Made by a program: the position numbers and the translations under genes
NCBI GenBank assembly: GCA_004297215.1
Contig: SCUM01000001.1
Coordinates: forward strand, 353,181-417,180
Direction: 5' to 3'
DNA from: Patescibacteria group bacterium
GTDB lineage: Bacteria > Patescibacteriota > Patescibacteriia > UBA9934 > GWF2-40-263
DNA: 64,000 nt
The notes under the pieces: model-generated
Told to the model about the DNA's origin: nothing
The model's database searches: none
Seen by the model: the letters and a program-made list of their open reading frames with translations, nothing else
Part shown: piece by piece, positions 19,464-28,876 of the stretch
How positions within the stretch are numbered: position 1 is the first letter of the stretch
How the letters are laid out: every line of letters begins with the position of its first letter

Positions 19464-19546
19464 GCAAAACCGACCCGCGGGGGGCGGCGTTGCGCAACGG
19501 ACATCATGTAAAAAAGATCCCGCTTCTTGGTCGAGGCGGGGTCGCG

Positions 19547-20158
19547 TCAATCGAAGACGAGCGCGGCGCGTTGCACGCACACGTCGAGGGATCCGAAGTG
19601 CACGTGCTGACAGAGGAACGCGACGGCGGCATCCACCTGTTCATTCGTGGATTTCTTCGCCTCCATCGCCTCCTTCAGCGGCCCTTTCGCGTGGTAGGAG
19701 GTGAAGAGGATCCACTGCTCGATGTACCGCCCGCTCCCCTCCTCGCGCTGCGACCTCATGCACTCGAACCCGTAGGATCGGAGCTTCGAGGCGTTGCGCT
19801 CGTAGCTTTTCGGCTCCCGATCGCCCGCGCCGACGTACTCGACGGTGATTTTCGGGAGGCAGCTGGCCTTCATCCTCTGCTCATCGAACATCTCGATCTG
19901 AATCGAGCCTTTGCCCGAAATGAACGGCTGCCAGAACGGACGCATCCGCTCGTCCTCGATCGGGTCCGGGGCCGGGAGGTGCGCTTCGGAGAACTGCAGT
20001 TGGCCGTCCTCCCCTTTTCGGACCCAGCAGGTGCCGACGGTCATGGCGGCATCCAGCTTCGCGATCTCCTCCGGCGTCAGGCCGGCGACCGTGACGGACT
20101 CGTGCCCGCGCGACTGGACGTACGCCCGTGCCTTCTCCTTCTCTGATGAACCGAACAT
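19547..20158 (-). CDS. Hypothetical protein
   Basis: 203-aa ORF with GAGGAGG RBS and TTGACA-17-TATTGA promoter (20214-20186). Confidence 0.7.
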   Translation of the reverse strand: MFGSSEKEKARAYVQSRGHESVTVAGLTPEEIAKLDAAMTVGTCWVRKGEDGQLQFSEAHLPAPDPIEDERMRPFWQPFISGKGSIQIEMFDEQRMKASCLPKITVEYVGAGDREPKSYERNASKLRSYGFECMRSQREEGSGRYIEQWILFTSYHAKGPLKEAMEAKKSTNEQVDAAVAFLCQHVHFGSLDVCVQRAALVFD

Positions 20159-20244
20159 GTGTCCTCCTCGTTCAAGTGCCCACGTTCAATACGCCCAACC
20201 GCAATCCATGTCAAACGAAAAACCGCCCTGCAGGGGGCGGTTCT

Positions 20245-20280
20245 CGAGATCCTTCGGCCTCGAGGTGGCCTCAGGATGAC
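20245..20280. repeat. REP-like element (GTCATCCTGAG...GAAGGATCTC family)
   Basis: gagatccttcggcc...ggcctcaggatgac; related sequences at ~21379 and ~32798. Confidence 0.55.
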
Positions 20281-20298
20281 TTTGAAGTAACAGGATTG

Positions 20299-20694
20299 TT
20301 ACTTCAAAGTCACCTGCGCGCCGGCTTCCTCGAGCTTCTTCTTCATTTCCTCGGCCTCGGCCTTCGCGACGCCGGCCTTCACCACTTTGGGGGCGGCATC
20401 CACGATCCCCTTGGCCTCGGCAAGGCCCAGGCCCGTGATTTCGCGCACGGCCTTGATGACGGCGATCTTGCTGGCACCGGCGCCGGTGAGCTCCACGTCG
20501 AAGGAGGACTTCTCTTCCGCGGCGGCAGCGCCGGCGCCGGCGGCGGCCATCACCATGGCCGGGGCGGCGGACACGCCGAACTTCGCTTCCAGGCACTTCA
20601 CGAGCTCGGCGAGGTCGAGCACGGAGAGCTTCTCGATCTCGCTCACGAGGGAGGCGAACTTCGCCGGGACCTCGACTTTCACTTCGTCTGACAT
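20299..20694 (-). CDS. rplL: 50S ribosomal protein L7/L12
   Basis: [11 protein letters not shown] and [20 protein letters not shown]. Confidence 0.98.
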   Translation of the reverse strand: MSDEVKVEVPAKFASLVSEIEKLSVLDLAELVKCLEAKFGVSAAPAMVMAAAGAGAAAAEEKSSFDVELTGAGASKIAVIKAVREITGLGLAEAKGIVDAAPKVVKAGVAKAEAEEMKKKLEEAGAQVTLK

Positions 20695-20699
20695 AACGA

Positions 20700-20778
20700 T
20701 AGGGGGTAGGTAGTAGGGGGTAGGGGGTAGTATGGAGGATTTTTGTCCTACCACCTACCAACTACCACCTACGCACTT
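20700..20778. repeat. Heptamer-periodic inverted repeat (TAGGGGG / CTACCAC)
   Basis: Related hairpins at 50876-50950 and 59851-59920. Confidence 0.75.
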
Positions 20779-20781
20779 TAG

Positions 20782-21279
20782 TTAAGCCGCCTGCTTCACA
20801 CGGATCGCTTCCAGCACGCGGACGAAGGCGGACACGGGAGCGAACATGGTGCCCACGACGCGGCCGCGCTGCGCCTGCTTGCTCTCGAGCTTCGCGAGCG
20901 CCTTCATGGCGTCCGCGCCGACGAACTTCCCTTCCAGGATGCCGCCGACGATTTGGATCCCTTCCTTATCCTTGCCTTTCGCGAGGTCCGCGACGAGCTT
21001 GGCCGGAGCCACTTCGTCCTCCATGCCGAAGGTGGCGAGGATGGAACCGGAGAGCGCCCCCTTTTCGACCTTGAGGCCCGACTGTTCGAGCGCCTTCTGA
21101 AGAAGCGTCTTCTTCGCCACGGTGAGCTCGACGCCGGTCTCGCGCCCCTTTGCGCGCAGCGCGTCGGCGTCGCCCATGGTGTACCCCGCGATCGAGGTGA
21201 ACACCGCCGCCTTCATGCGGCCGAGCTTGTCGACGAGCCCGGAAAGGGCCTCTTCCTTTTGAGCCCTGGTTTTGGCCAT
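20782..21279 (-). CDS. rplJ: 50S ribosomal protein L10
   Basis: VAKKTLL and IVGGILEG; lies upstream of rplL. Confidence 0.96.
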   Translation of the reverse strand: MAKTRAQKEEALSGLVDKLGRMKAAVFTSIAGYTMGDADALRAKGRETGVELTVAKKTLLQKALEQSGLKVEKGALSGSILATFGMEDEVAPAKLVADLAKGKDKEGIQIVGGILEGKFVGADAMKALAKLESKQAQRGRVVGTMFAPVSAFVRVLEAIRVKQAA

Positions 21280-21309
21280 AGGTATCGACCTTTAGGTGTA
21301 TTAAAGAAA

Positions 21310-21425
21310 ATTCTGCGAACGAATCGCAGAAGACACGCGCCAAACGGCGGGGAGGCTGGCCTCGACGGGACTTATCTCGGATCCTTCGCTTTCGCTCAGG
21401 ACCTTCGGCCCGTTGTCTTTGGCGA
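21310..21425 (-). promoter_or_regulatory. L10 leader RNA
   Basis: Minus strand AAGACAACGGG...ATAAGTCCCGTCGAGG resembles the L10-leader kink-turn consensus; directly upstream of rplJ. Confidence 0.7.
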
Positions 21426-21465
21426 TCCAATTGCCCCGGCACTATACCCAAGGGCCGGGAGGGCG

Positions 21466-22161
21466 TCAACCCCCGACCATGGTCCCCGTGAACCGATGCC
21501 CGGAGAGGAGCGCGTCGAGATTCTTGAGGTCCGTGCCGTTCACGATGGCCACTTTCATCCTGGACGCGGAGGCGAGCTTCGCGGCCACCGGGTCGAACGG
21601 GACGTTCATGCCCGGGTCCCACTCCTCTCCCACCATCTTGCGGAACTCCTTCCAGCCGATCCGCATGACGGGCTCGGCATCCTTGTGCTTGCCCGGATCC
21701 TTGTCGTACAAGTAGTCGATGTTGGACAGGTTCACGATGAAATCCGTGCCTAGGCGCTTGGCAAGGCGCACGGCCACGTAGTCGGTGCTCCACCCAGGCT
21801 TCCATCCGGCGCCGATCATGACCGGCTTCGCCCAGCGCGTGGGCGCGCGCGTGGGATCCTTGATGACGGCCGGGTGCGCCACGTCGCGGAAGAGGGTGCG
21901 CAGCAGGTGGCCGTTCATGCGCGTGGCGTGGATGCCCAGCCAGTCGAGGTCATCGCGGGTGAGGTTGCCCATCTTGCGCGCCGCGTCCTGGTACGCGCGC
22001 GCCGTCGCCCCTCCGCCGACGACGATGAGGAACCGCCATCCCCGCGAGACGTGGCGCAGGATGAGCTCGCGGAACCCCTTGAGGAACTCGGTGTCCATGC
22101 CGCCCTTGGGCGCCACGATGGATCCGCCGAGGGACAGGACGAAGGTGGGCTTACCGGTCAT
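21466..22161 (-). CDS. pyrH: UMP kinase (archaeal-like type)
   Basis: VLSLGGS, VVGGGATARAY, PGWSTD and PFDPVA motifs. Confidence 0.92.
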   Translation of the reverse strand: MTGKPTFVLSLGGSIVAPKGGMDTEFLKGFRELILRHVSRGWRFLIVVGGGATARAYQDAARKMGNLTRDDLDWLGIHATRMNGHLLRTLFRDVAHPAVIKDPTRAPTRWAKPVMIGAGWKPGWSTDYVAVRLAKRLGTDFIVNLSNIDYLYDKDPGKHKDAEPVMRIGWKEFRKMVGEEWDPGMNVPFDPVAAKLASASRMKVAIVNGTDLKNLDALLSGHRFTGTMVGG

Positions 22162-22508
22162 GTTTCTTTTGCGTGCTTGATAAGCCAGTTGGTGCCCATG
22201 CTCACGACCCAGAGCAGGAACGCGGCCATGAACGCGGGAAGGAACCCGGAAACGTGGAACCCTTTCACGATGGTGCTCGTGAGCCAAATCATGAGCGCGT
22301 TGATCACGAACGCGAACGCTCCGAGCGTGAGGACGGTCACCGGCAACGTGAGGATGAACAGGAGGGGCCGGATGAGCGCGTTCACGAGGCCGAGCACGAG
22401 CGCCGCGACGAGCGCCGCATAGAACCCGTCCACGCCGAATCCTGGGACGACGTTTGCGATGACGATGAGCGCGAGCGCATTGAGGATCCAGCGGAGAATG
22501 AGGGACAT
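22158..22508 (-). CDS. Phage-holin-4/YvlD family membrane protein
   Basis: LGLVNALIRPLL...LTLPVTVLTLG...NALM. Confidence 0.88.
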   Translation of the reverse strand: MSLILRWILNALALIVIANVVPGFGVDGFYAALVAALVLGLVNALIRPLLFILTLPVTVLTLGAFAFVINALMIWLTSTIVKGFHVSGFLPAFMAAFLLWVVSMGTNWLIKHAKET

Positions 22509-22512
22509 AGGG

Positions 22513-22716
22513 TCAGACGGATTCGTATTTGGCCTTGATCTCGCGCACCTTGTTCTCCACCTCTGAAAGCTTTTCCTTGCAGGCGGCGGCGAGCTCGAGC
22601 CCGCGCTCGAACTTCTTGAGCCCCTCGTCGAGGTCGGCTTCGTCGCGCTCGAACCACTCGGTAATGGCTTCCAGCTCCTGGAAGGCTTTGGCGAAATTGA
22701 CGGCTTTCTTTGCCAT
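22513..22716 (-). CDS. xseB: Exodeoxyribonuclease VII small subunit
   Basis: FQELEAI...DLDEGLKKFERGLEL. Confidence 0.93.
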   Translation of the reverse strand: MAKKAVNFAKAFQELEAITEWFERDEADLDEGLKKFERGLELAAACKEKLSEVENKVREIKAKYESV

Positions 22717-22838
22717 AGTTTGTTGGTACTGCGTGTTGGTGCGCTGCGGCGCGTTTGGGCCTGATGGCGTCGGCGACGAACGCAGCCGCAGGCTGCACCG
22801 ACGACCCGTCAGGGCCACTCACGCCGAAGGCGCTGACA

Positions 22839-24047
22839 TCATATCAACCTCTGCTTCCCCTTCCCGTTAATCCGCGTCACGTCGGCGTCAAAGCGCCCGC
22901 GCGCCAATCGTACCTCGACTTCGGCTCCCACCTCAAGGGCGGACGCGTCGCGGGCCACGTGGCCGCCCACGCTCACGATCCCGTACCCGCGCGCGAGCAC
23001 GCGCGTGGGGTCGACGTTCTTCAGCAGCCGTTCGCCCCCGAACACGCGCTCGCGCAAGCGCGGGATCCAACGTCCGGCCGCGCCGTCGAAGGCGGAGACG
23101 GTCGCGTAGAGCCGCTCGCGCTCCCGAGACACGAACGCTCCGGCGGCTGATGCCACGTGGCCGACCGTCCGTCGATGCGCGTCGAGCTTCTCGCGCAGGC
23201 GCGTCTCGACGTGGCGCGCCATACTTTCGACCTCATAGCGCACCTCCTCGCGGCTCGGACAGACGCGCTCGGCCGCGTTGCTCGGCGTGGACGCCCGGAC
23301 GTCCGCCACGTAGTCGCACAGCGACTCGTCGCGCTCATGGCCGATCCCGACGACGACGGGAATCCGACACGAGAACACGGCGCGGGCCACGGACTCGTCG
23401 TTGAACGCGTGCAGGTCCTCCAGCCCGCCGCCGCCGCGCGTGAGCACGAGCACGTCGGGACGCTCCGCCTCGGGGAGCGCGTTGAAATGGGCGAACGCGG
23501 CAAGGATCTCGGGCACGGCGCTTGCGCCCTGCACGTGCACGCTCGAAAACAGCACATCCACCCCGCCCCAGCGGTTGCCGAGCACGCGCAGGAAATCGCC
23601 GTACGCCGCGGCCTCGCGCGAGGTGATGAGCCCGACGCGCTCGGGAAACCGCGGGAGCGGCCGCTTGCGCGCGCCGTCGAACAGCCCTTCTTCCTGGAGT
23701 TTCGCCTTGAGCGCGAGGTACGCCCGCTTGAGCGCCCCTTCGCCGACGAGCTCGACCGCCCGCACGTCCATCTGGAACTTGCCGAACTTGGGGCTCACCT
23801 TGGCTCCCCCGGTCACGCGCACGCGCATCCCGTCCTCAAGCGGCACGGACAGCTGCCACACGGTCATGAAGCACTTGAGCACCGCTCCGGCTTCGGCGTC
23901 CTTCAGGTCGAAGCTCACCCACTTGCCGTGGCTTACGCGCAAATCCGACACCTCCCCTTCCACGCCCACGTCCGAAGGCACCTCGCGCAGCCGGTCGTTC
24001 ACCAGGTCGAGGTATTGGGCGACGGAGATGGCGGCGGGGACGGACAT
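22839..24047 (-). CDS. xseA: Exodeoxyribonuclease VII large subunit
   Basis: VEGEVS, RGGG, GIGHERD and TPSNAAE motifs. Confidence 0.96.
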   Translation of the reverse strand: MSVPAAISVAQYLDLVNDRLREVPSDVGVEGEVSDLRVSHGKWVSFDLKDAEAGAVLKCFMTVWQLSVPLEDGMRVRVTGGAKVSPKFGKFQMDVRAVELVGEGALKRAYLALKAKLQEEGLFDGARKRPLPRFPERVGLITSREAAAYGDFLRVLGNRWGGVDVLFSSVHVQGASAVPEILAAFAHFNALPEAERPDVLVLTRGGGGLEDLHAFNDESVARAVFSCRIPVVVGIGHERDESLCDYVADVRASTPSNAAERVCPSREEVRYEVESMARHVETRLREKLDAHRRTVGHVASAAGAFVSRERERLYATVSAFDGAAGRWIPRLRERVFGGERLLKNVDPTRVLARGYGIVSVGGHVARDASALEVGAEVEVRLARGRFDADVTRINGKGKQRLI

Positions 24048-24048
24048 G

Positions 24049-24888
24049 TCAGGAATTCGGCTCGATCACCAGCACGCGCTTCGCTCCCGAAAGGCCGCCC
24101 TCTTCCGCGTCCCAGTCGTCCATGGCATCCATGATCGTCTCGAACGGATACACGTATCCCTCCCCGCGTCGCGTCCCTGGATCGTTCGTGATGAACCCCT
24201 CCTCCGTCCAGCCGCGGATCACGATCATGTGGTAGAGAGGGCCCGGCTGCTTGAAGTACGGATTATGCAATTCCCTGCCCGCGGCCGGCATGATGACCGG
24301 GTGCCCGGCGCGCACTTCGCGCTTGATGTCCTCGACCGTCGGCGCCTTGACGACCTCGGCCGTCTCGTACCCGAAGAATTTCCTGGCGATGACCCCCGTC
24401 TCCGCCGCGGTCGTGTCCTCGAAGTACCCGAACTGCTTGTTCTCGAAATCGACGATGGCAAGGAGCTCCTTGTCCGCCCCGTCGGGGTCGAAAGAGGTCC
24501 GGCCGTCGTAGAACGCGTCCACCATGAGCAGGCTCGCCTCCTCGCAGGTTTCCTCATGCACCTCGTCCCAGATCGCGAGCGGCGCCTGGGAGGTGAACGG
24601 GACGGCGAGGTTGAAGGAGGTTGGGAGAGGCGTTAAGGCCTCAGGCATTGAAGGCTTCAGGGGAGATTTCGCCGGTTTGACTTCCGATGCCGGCACGGCT
24701 GCTGGGGCCTTGTCTGCCTGAGGCCTTACCGCCTCTTGAACGGTCACATCCTCGAAGCTCACCGCAGGCGGAAGCTCCGGTTGCATGGCCGAACGGAAAT
24801 AGTCCGCGATGACCACGCGGTTCACGACGGCCGCCGCGAGGGCGGCGACGGAGAGCGGGACGATGATGAGCATCGGTCGTAAACGCAT
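24049..24888 (-). CDS. C39-like peptidase family secreted protein
   Basis: VPFTSQAP, CEEAS, YHMIVIRG and FITNDPGT motifs. Confidence 0.85.
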   Translation of the reverse strand: MRLRPMLIIVPLSVAALAAAVVNRVVIADYFRSAMQPELPPAVSFEDVTVQEAVRPQADKAPAAVPASEVKPAKSPLKPSMPEALTPLPTSFNLAVPFTSQAPLAIWDEVHEETCEEASLLMVDAFYDGRTSFDPDGADKELLAIVDFENKQFGYFEDTTAAETGVIARKFFGYETAEVVKAPTVEDIKREVRAGHPVIMPAAGRELHNPYFKQPGPLYHMIVIRGWTEEGFITNDPGTRRGEGYVYPFETIMDAMDDWDAEEGGLSGAKRVLVIEPNS

Positions 24889-24889
24889 A

Positions 24890-25333
24890 TCAACGGTACA
24901 TCGGGACGGCCTTGATCGGCTTGCCGGGACTCGTCTGGAGGCAGCGCTTCTCCCCCTTGGACGGCCCTTCGCACTCGTAGCCGGACGGACATTGGTCGTC
25001 CGTGGCGCACACGCAATACGACGCACGCGCTTCGCGGCAGGTGGCGCCGCTCCCGTCGGTAAAGCAGATCACGCCGGGAAACGAACAGGCGTCGTGCACG
25101 TCGGGCGTATCGAAGCACTCGCTCACGCGCTCGTACCTCACCGTGCCTCCCGCCGCCTCGCACGCCTCGGTCGCCGGGCGGTTGAACGGTTCTTGCGTGG
25201 CGAGCGGCAGCTCCATGAGCGCCACGGTTTCGGGCGCCTTGGCCGTGCGGATCGCGAAGGTCGCCGCGGCGGCGATGACCGCGAGCGCCGCGACGAACAG
25301 GAGGAGCAGCCGGCGTTCGGAAATCTCGGCCAT
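24890..25333 (-). CDS. Cys-rich membrane-anchored hypothetical protein
   Basis: N-terminal hydrophobic helix and many cysteines; tightly packed in the operon. Confidence 0.65.
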   Translation of the reverse strand: MAEISERRLLLLFVAALAVIAAAATFAIRTAKAPETVALMELPLATQEPFNRPATEACEAAGGTVRYERVSECFDTPDVHDACSFPGVICFTDGSGATCREARASYCVCATDDQCPSGYECEGPSKGEKRCLQTSPGKPIKAVPMYR

Positions 25334-25336
25334 AGG

Positions 25337-25519
25337 CTATTCCTTCGGGACAGGTCGCGCGAACTCCGGAGCGGGCATGGGCTTGTACGGGTCGATGCCC
25401 GTCTGGGAACGGACATCCGGGGCGCGGCGCGAAGCCATCACTCCGATAACCGAGATGACGAGCAGCACGGCTCCGACCGTGAACGCGATGGCGAGTTCGT
25501 GTTTGATCACCTGTTTCAT
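25337..25519 (-). CDS. Small membrane protein
   Basis: 60 aa, one TM, fills the gap between neighbours. Confidence 0.55.
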   Translation of the reverse strand: MKQVIKHELAIAFTVGAVLLVISVIGVMASRRAPDVRSQTGIDPYKPMPAPEFARPVPKE

Positions 25520-25520
25520 A

Positions 25521-26918
25521 TTATCGGCAGTTTTCTTGTAACCATTCCTTCAGCTTCCACGTCGCGCGTACGTCATCCTCGTTGTAGTCCAGGATCTTCT
25601 GCTTGAGCGCGTCGTCCTTGGTGCCCAGCCATTTCTCGAACCAGATCACGGAGTTGGCTCCCGAGGCGTCTTCCGCGCGCCAGGTGAAGCCGAGATAACT
25701 CGCGATGTCCTTCAGGCTGTAGAAGGTGAGCGGGAAGATCACCGCGGGGCGCAGCGCCATGTTGACGTCGATGAGGTTGCGTTCCATGGCCTCGCGCGCG
25801 ATGGCGCTCGTGCCGTAGCGCGCCGCGAACCGGCGGAGCACGTCGGCCTCGAACGTGCCGTAATGGTACACCGGCGTGTCGAACTCGCTCTCGAGGAACC
25901 CGGTGAAGTCGCGCCACATGCGCTCCTGGTCCTCCGGGCTCGACGCGAAGAAGGACCGGTATTCGCTCTGGTTCCCATCGACGACGAGGACGCCGAACAG
26001 GTAGTCGAGGTCGCGCAGCGGGTCGCTCTCGATATCGAAGTACACGGCGCGCTTCCCGACCGGGAAATCCACCATGCCCGTGATGAGATGCGTCCCCTTC
26101 TTGAGCGCCACGGCCTGGTCGCGCATGCGCTCGATGCGCTCGTGCCGCACGCCAGGCGCGCGATGCGACAAGGTCTCGACGGACGAGGCGGCCAGCTCGT
26201 CGATCGTCTTCACGCCGGCCGCGGAAAGCGCCGCCACCTCTTCCCGCCACACGCGATTCAAGAGCGACAGGTCGTTGCAAGATTCCGAGATCCCCTTGCA
26301 CTTCGGAAACCACGGCGACTGCTTGCACCCGCTCGTCACGAAGTGCGCCGGCTTCTCCCCGGAGACGATGCGCTCGATCTCGTCGAGGGTCAGCGCGTAC
26401 TCGCCCTCGAACGCGCCGATGTCGTATGGCAGCACCGTCTTGTCGGGCGTGATGACGTACCCGCGCTGCGGCTTCACCCCTTGGACGCGTTCGAGCAGCT
26501 CCGCGTAGAAGCAGCCCTGGAACGCGAAATCGTCGCGCATCTCCCGCGCGCCCTTGAAATCCGCCGCCACGTAATACCAGTCGCCCAGGCGCGAACGCCC
26601 TTCCACTTTTTCGAGCACGTCGGGGGTGCCGATCCAATGCTTATCGATGAGCACGGCGCGATAGATGGTGGCTCTTCCCTCCTTCATGAACGCCAGGGTC
26701 TGCATGAATCCGTCCTCGGGATCCTCGTACATGACCTCGGCCACGTCCGGACGGCCCTCAAGCAGTTCACGCTGCTTCTCATGGATGAGCCCCTGGGTGG
26801 TGAGCAGTTCGAGGAGCGGCTCATGCGGCGCCAGCTCGTCCGCATGCGCGTTGAAATACACCCAATTGGGGCATTTGAGGTACTGGTAGAACGACTTCTC
26901 CGTGATGAGGCGGGGCAT
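25521..26918 (-). CDS. TM0106 family RecB-like nuclease with RNase_H_2 domain
   Basis: GTPDVL, YFDIESDP, YSLKDIA and YNEDDVRAT motifs. Confidence 0.88.
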   Translation of the reverse strand: MPRLITEKSFYQYLKCPNWVYFNAHADELAPHEPLLELLTTQGLIHEKQRELLEGRPDVAEVMYEDPEDGFMQTLAFMKEGRATIYRAVLIDKHWIGTPDVLEKVEGRSRLGDWYYVAADFKGAREMRDDFAFQGCFYAELLERVQGVKPQRGYVITPDKTVLPYDIGAFEGEYALTLDEIERIVSGEKPAHFVTSGCKQSPWFPKCKGISESCNDLSLLNRVWREEVAALSAAGVKTIDELAASSVETLSHRAPGVRHERIERMRDQAVALKKGTHLITGMVDFPVGKRAVYFDIESDPLRDLDYLFGVLVVDGNQSEYRSFFASSPEDQERMWRDFTGFLESEFDTPVYHYGTFEADVLRRFAARYGTSAIAREAMERNLIDVNMALRPAVIFPLTFYSLKDIASYLGFTWRAEDASGANSVIWFEKWLGTKDDALKQKILDYNEDDVRATWKLKEWLQENCR

Positions 26919-26930
26919 GGACGGATTATA

Positions 26931-28034
26931 TCATTCCTCGAGGTAATCGGCGGGTTCATACACGTTCCGCGCGTTCCAGATCATCCAACCAGACGCGCCG
27001 GCGTCGCGGGCGGCCTTGATCTGCGCTTCGATGCGCGCCGCGGTGTAGGTGGCGCCGATGTCGAAGTCCTGGATCCATGGACGCAACTTTCGCGCATACG
27101 CCTCGGGCGGGATGCCGAGCGCTTCGAGCATCGCCTTGCCAGAGTCGAACGAATGCTTGGGAACCTCGTACGGGTAGAGCGCCGGATTCTTGTATCCCTG
27201 GAATCCGACGGCGTAGTGCGACGGGTAGGTCATGGGCGAGACGAAATCGACGTACGGGAACGCGTCCACCAGCCGCTGGCCGATGTTGAAATCGTCGACG
27301 CTCTCGAAGGTCATCCCGAACAGGTCGAACGACACGGGAATTCCATCGGTTTTCAATCCTTCCCCGAGCGTCTTGAAGAATCCCTGCATCACCTCCACCT
27401 TGGTCTGTTTCCCGTCGTACACCGGATAACGGATGGCCGAGAGCGCGCCGTCGGAGGCGAAGCGCACGTAGTCGTACTGGATCTCGTCGAACCCGCGCGC
27501 GTACGCCTCGCGAGCGAGCGCGAGCGCATACGTCGCGACGCCCGGATCGGCCGGGTCCACCCAGGCCGCGCCGGTGTTGTCGCGCCAGAGGGAGCCGCGC
27601 GGATAGCGGAACGCGACCTCGGGATGAGCCGCGGCATACGCGCTATCGCGCATCACGGCCACGCGCGCGATGCGGTAGATGCCGGCGTCTTTCAGCCGAC
27701 CGAGAAGCGCCTCAAGGTCGGGGATGGCCGGCTCTTCCTGCGCGTACGGCGCAAGCGACAGGTCAAGCGGCGCGAAGGCGAGCTCCCCGTCGTCCATCTT
27801 GAGGTCGATGACCACGGCGTTGATCCCGCTTCCCTTCATGTATCCGAGCAGCTCGTCGGCGCGCTTCGTGCCCGCGGTCTGGGCGGTCCAATACAACCCG
27901 CGCACTTCATCGGGAATCGGGACGTGGATGGAAGGCGGCGCCGCGTCGGCCACGGTGGGCGGGGGCTCCGGGACGCGGATGCATCCGGCGCCGGCAAGCG
28001 CCAGGGCGGCGGAAAGCAAAAGGAGGCGTTTCAT
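26931..28034 (-). CDS. Putative glycoside hydrolase (DUF4015) lipoprotein
   Basis: Lipobox GAGC; NAVVIDLK, GFDEIQYDYVRF, PMTYPSHY and RPWIQDF motifs. Confidence 0.88.
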   Translation of the reverse strand: MKRLLLLSAALALAGAGCIRVPEPPPTVADAAPPSIHVPIPDEVRGLYWTAQTAGTKRADELLGYMKGSGINAVVIDLKMDDGELAFAPLDLSLAPYAQEEPAIPDLEALLGRLKDAGIYRIARVAVMRDSAYAAAHPEVAFRYPRGSLWRDNTGAAWVDPADPGVATYALALAREAYARGFDEIQYDYVRFASDGALSAIRYPVYDGKQTKVEVMQGFFKTLGEGLKTDGIPVSFDLFGMTFESVDDFNIGQRLVDAFPYVDFVSPMTYPSHYAVGFQGYKNPALYPYEVPKHSFDSGKAMLEALGIPPEAYARKLRPWIQDFDIGATYTAARIEAQIKAARDAGASGWMIWNARNVYEPADYLEE

Positions 28035-28051
28035 GTGTCTGCAGCATAGCG

Positions 28052-28200
28052 GGAAAGGACCAAGGCCGGAAGAACCAAGGACCAAAGGAAACGAAAAAGG
28101 ACGAAAAAAAGAAAGATGAAGGTTTAAGCCTTCATCTTTCAGCCTTGAGTCCTTTCACGTGTCCTTTGGTCCTTTAAAAACCTTGATTCCTTGGTCCTTA
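28052..28200. repeat. MITE-like inverted-repeat element (AAGGACCAA.../...TTGGTCCTT), divergent copy
   Basis: Inverted arms sharing AAGGACCAAAG with the 585 and 61486 elements. Confidence 0.6.
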
Positions 28201-28875
28201 CTTCTTGTCTTCCACCGTTACCTTCACCATCTTGTCGCCCACCTTGATCTTGTCCACCACGTCCATGCCGGAAAGGACCTTGCCGAAGATGGTGTAGTTC
28301 TTGGGGAGCGGGTAATCCGCGAGCATGATGAAGAATTGGGAGCCGTTGGTATTCGTGCCGGAGTTGGCCATGGCCACGATCCCGCGATCGTACCGGAAGT
28401 CGTCCTTGAGCTCATCCGCGAACCGGTAGCCGGGGCCGCCCGTGCCGATGCGCGGGTCGCCCGGCGGAAGCGTGCGCGAGTACGGGTCGCCGCCTTGGAT
28501 TACGAACCCTTCCACGCGGCGGTGGAACGTGACCCCGTCGTAAAAGCCGAGGCCGGCGAGATACGCCATGTTTGAGACGGCGAGCGGCGCGGACTTGGGG
28601 TACAGCTCGAACGTGATGTCGCCCTTTTCCGTGTGGATGCGGACGACCTTTCCGGTGATCTCGGCGTCCGGCAGCACGCCGGGAGCCGTAAGGGTGGCTG
28701 GTTGTTCGGTCACAACGGGGGTTGGTTCGGGTTGGGTCGGGACGGAGGCCGGAGGGAGGGTGATCTCGACGGCATCGCTCCCGGAGAGCCCGGCGGGCGA
28801 TCCCACTGGCGCACATCCTGCCCCGAGGAGCAGCAATCCGGCAAGGCCAAGGGAGAGACGACGGGACGACGTCAT
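28198..28875 (-). CDS. Cyclophilin-type peptidyl-prolyl isomerase lipoprotein
   Basis: FHRRVEGFVIQGGDP and MANSGTNTNGSQFFI. Confidence 0.95.
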   Translation of the reverse strand: MTSSRRLSLGLAGLLLLGAGCAPVGSPAGLSGSDAVEITLPPASVPTQPEPTPVVTEQPATLTAPGVLPDAEITGKVVRIHTEKGDITFELYPKSAPLAVSNMAYLAGLGFYDGVTFHRRVEGFVIQGGDPYSRTLPPGDPRIGTGGPGYRFADELKDDFRYDRGIVAMANSGTNTNGSQFFIMLADYPLPKNYTIFGKVLSGMDVVDKIKVGDKMVKVTVEDKK

Positions 28876-28876
28876 A

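Noticed and set aside
22158-22508. Prophage, suggested by the holin-family gene
   Set aside because: YvlD-type proteins are common chromosomal genes and no phage genes are adjacent.
25521-26918. Cas4-like nuclease
   Set aside because: It lacks the complete four-Cys Fe-S pattern, has an RNase_H_2 C-terminus typical of TM0106, and has no CRISPR context.
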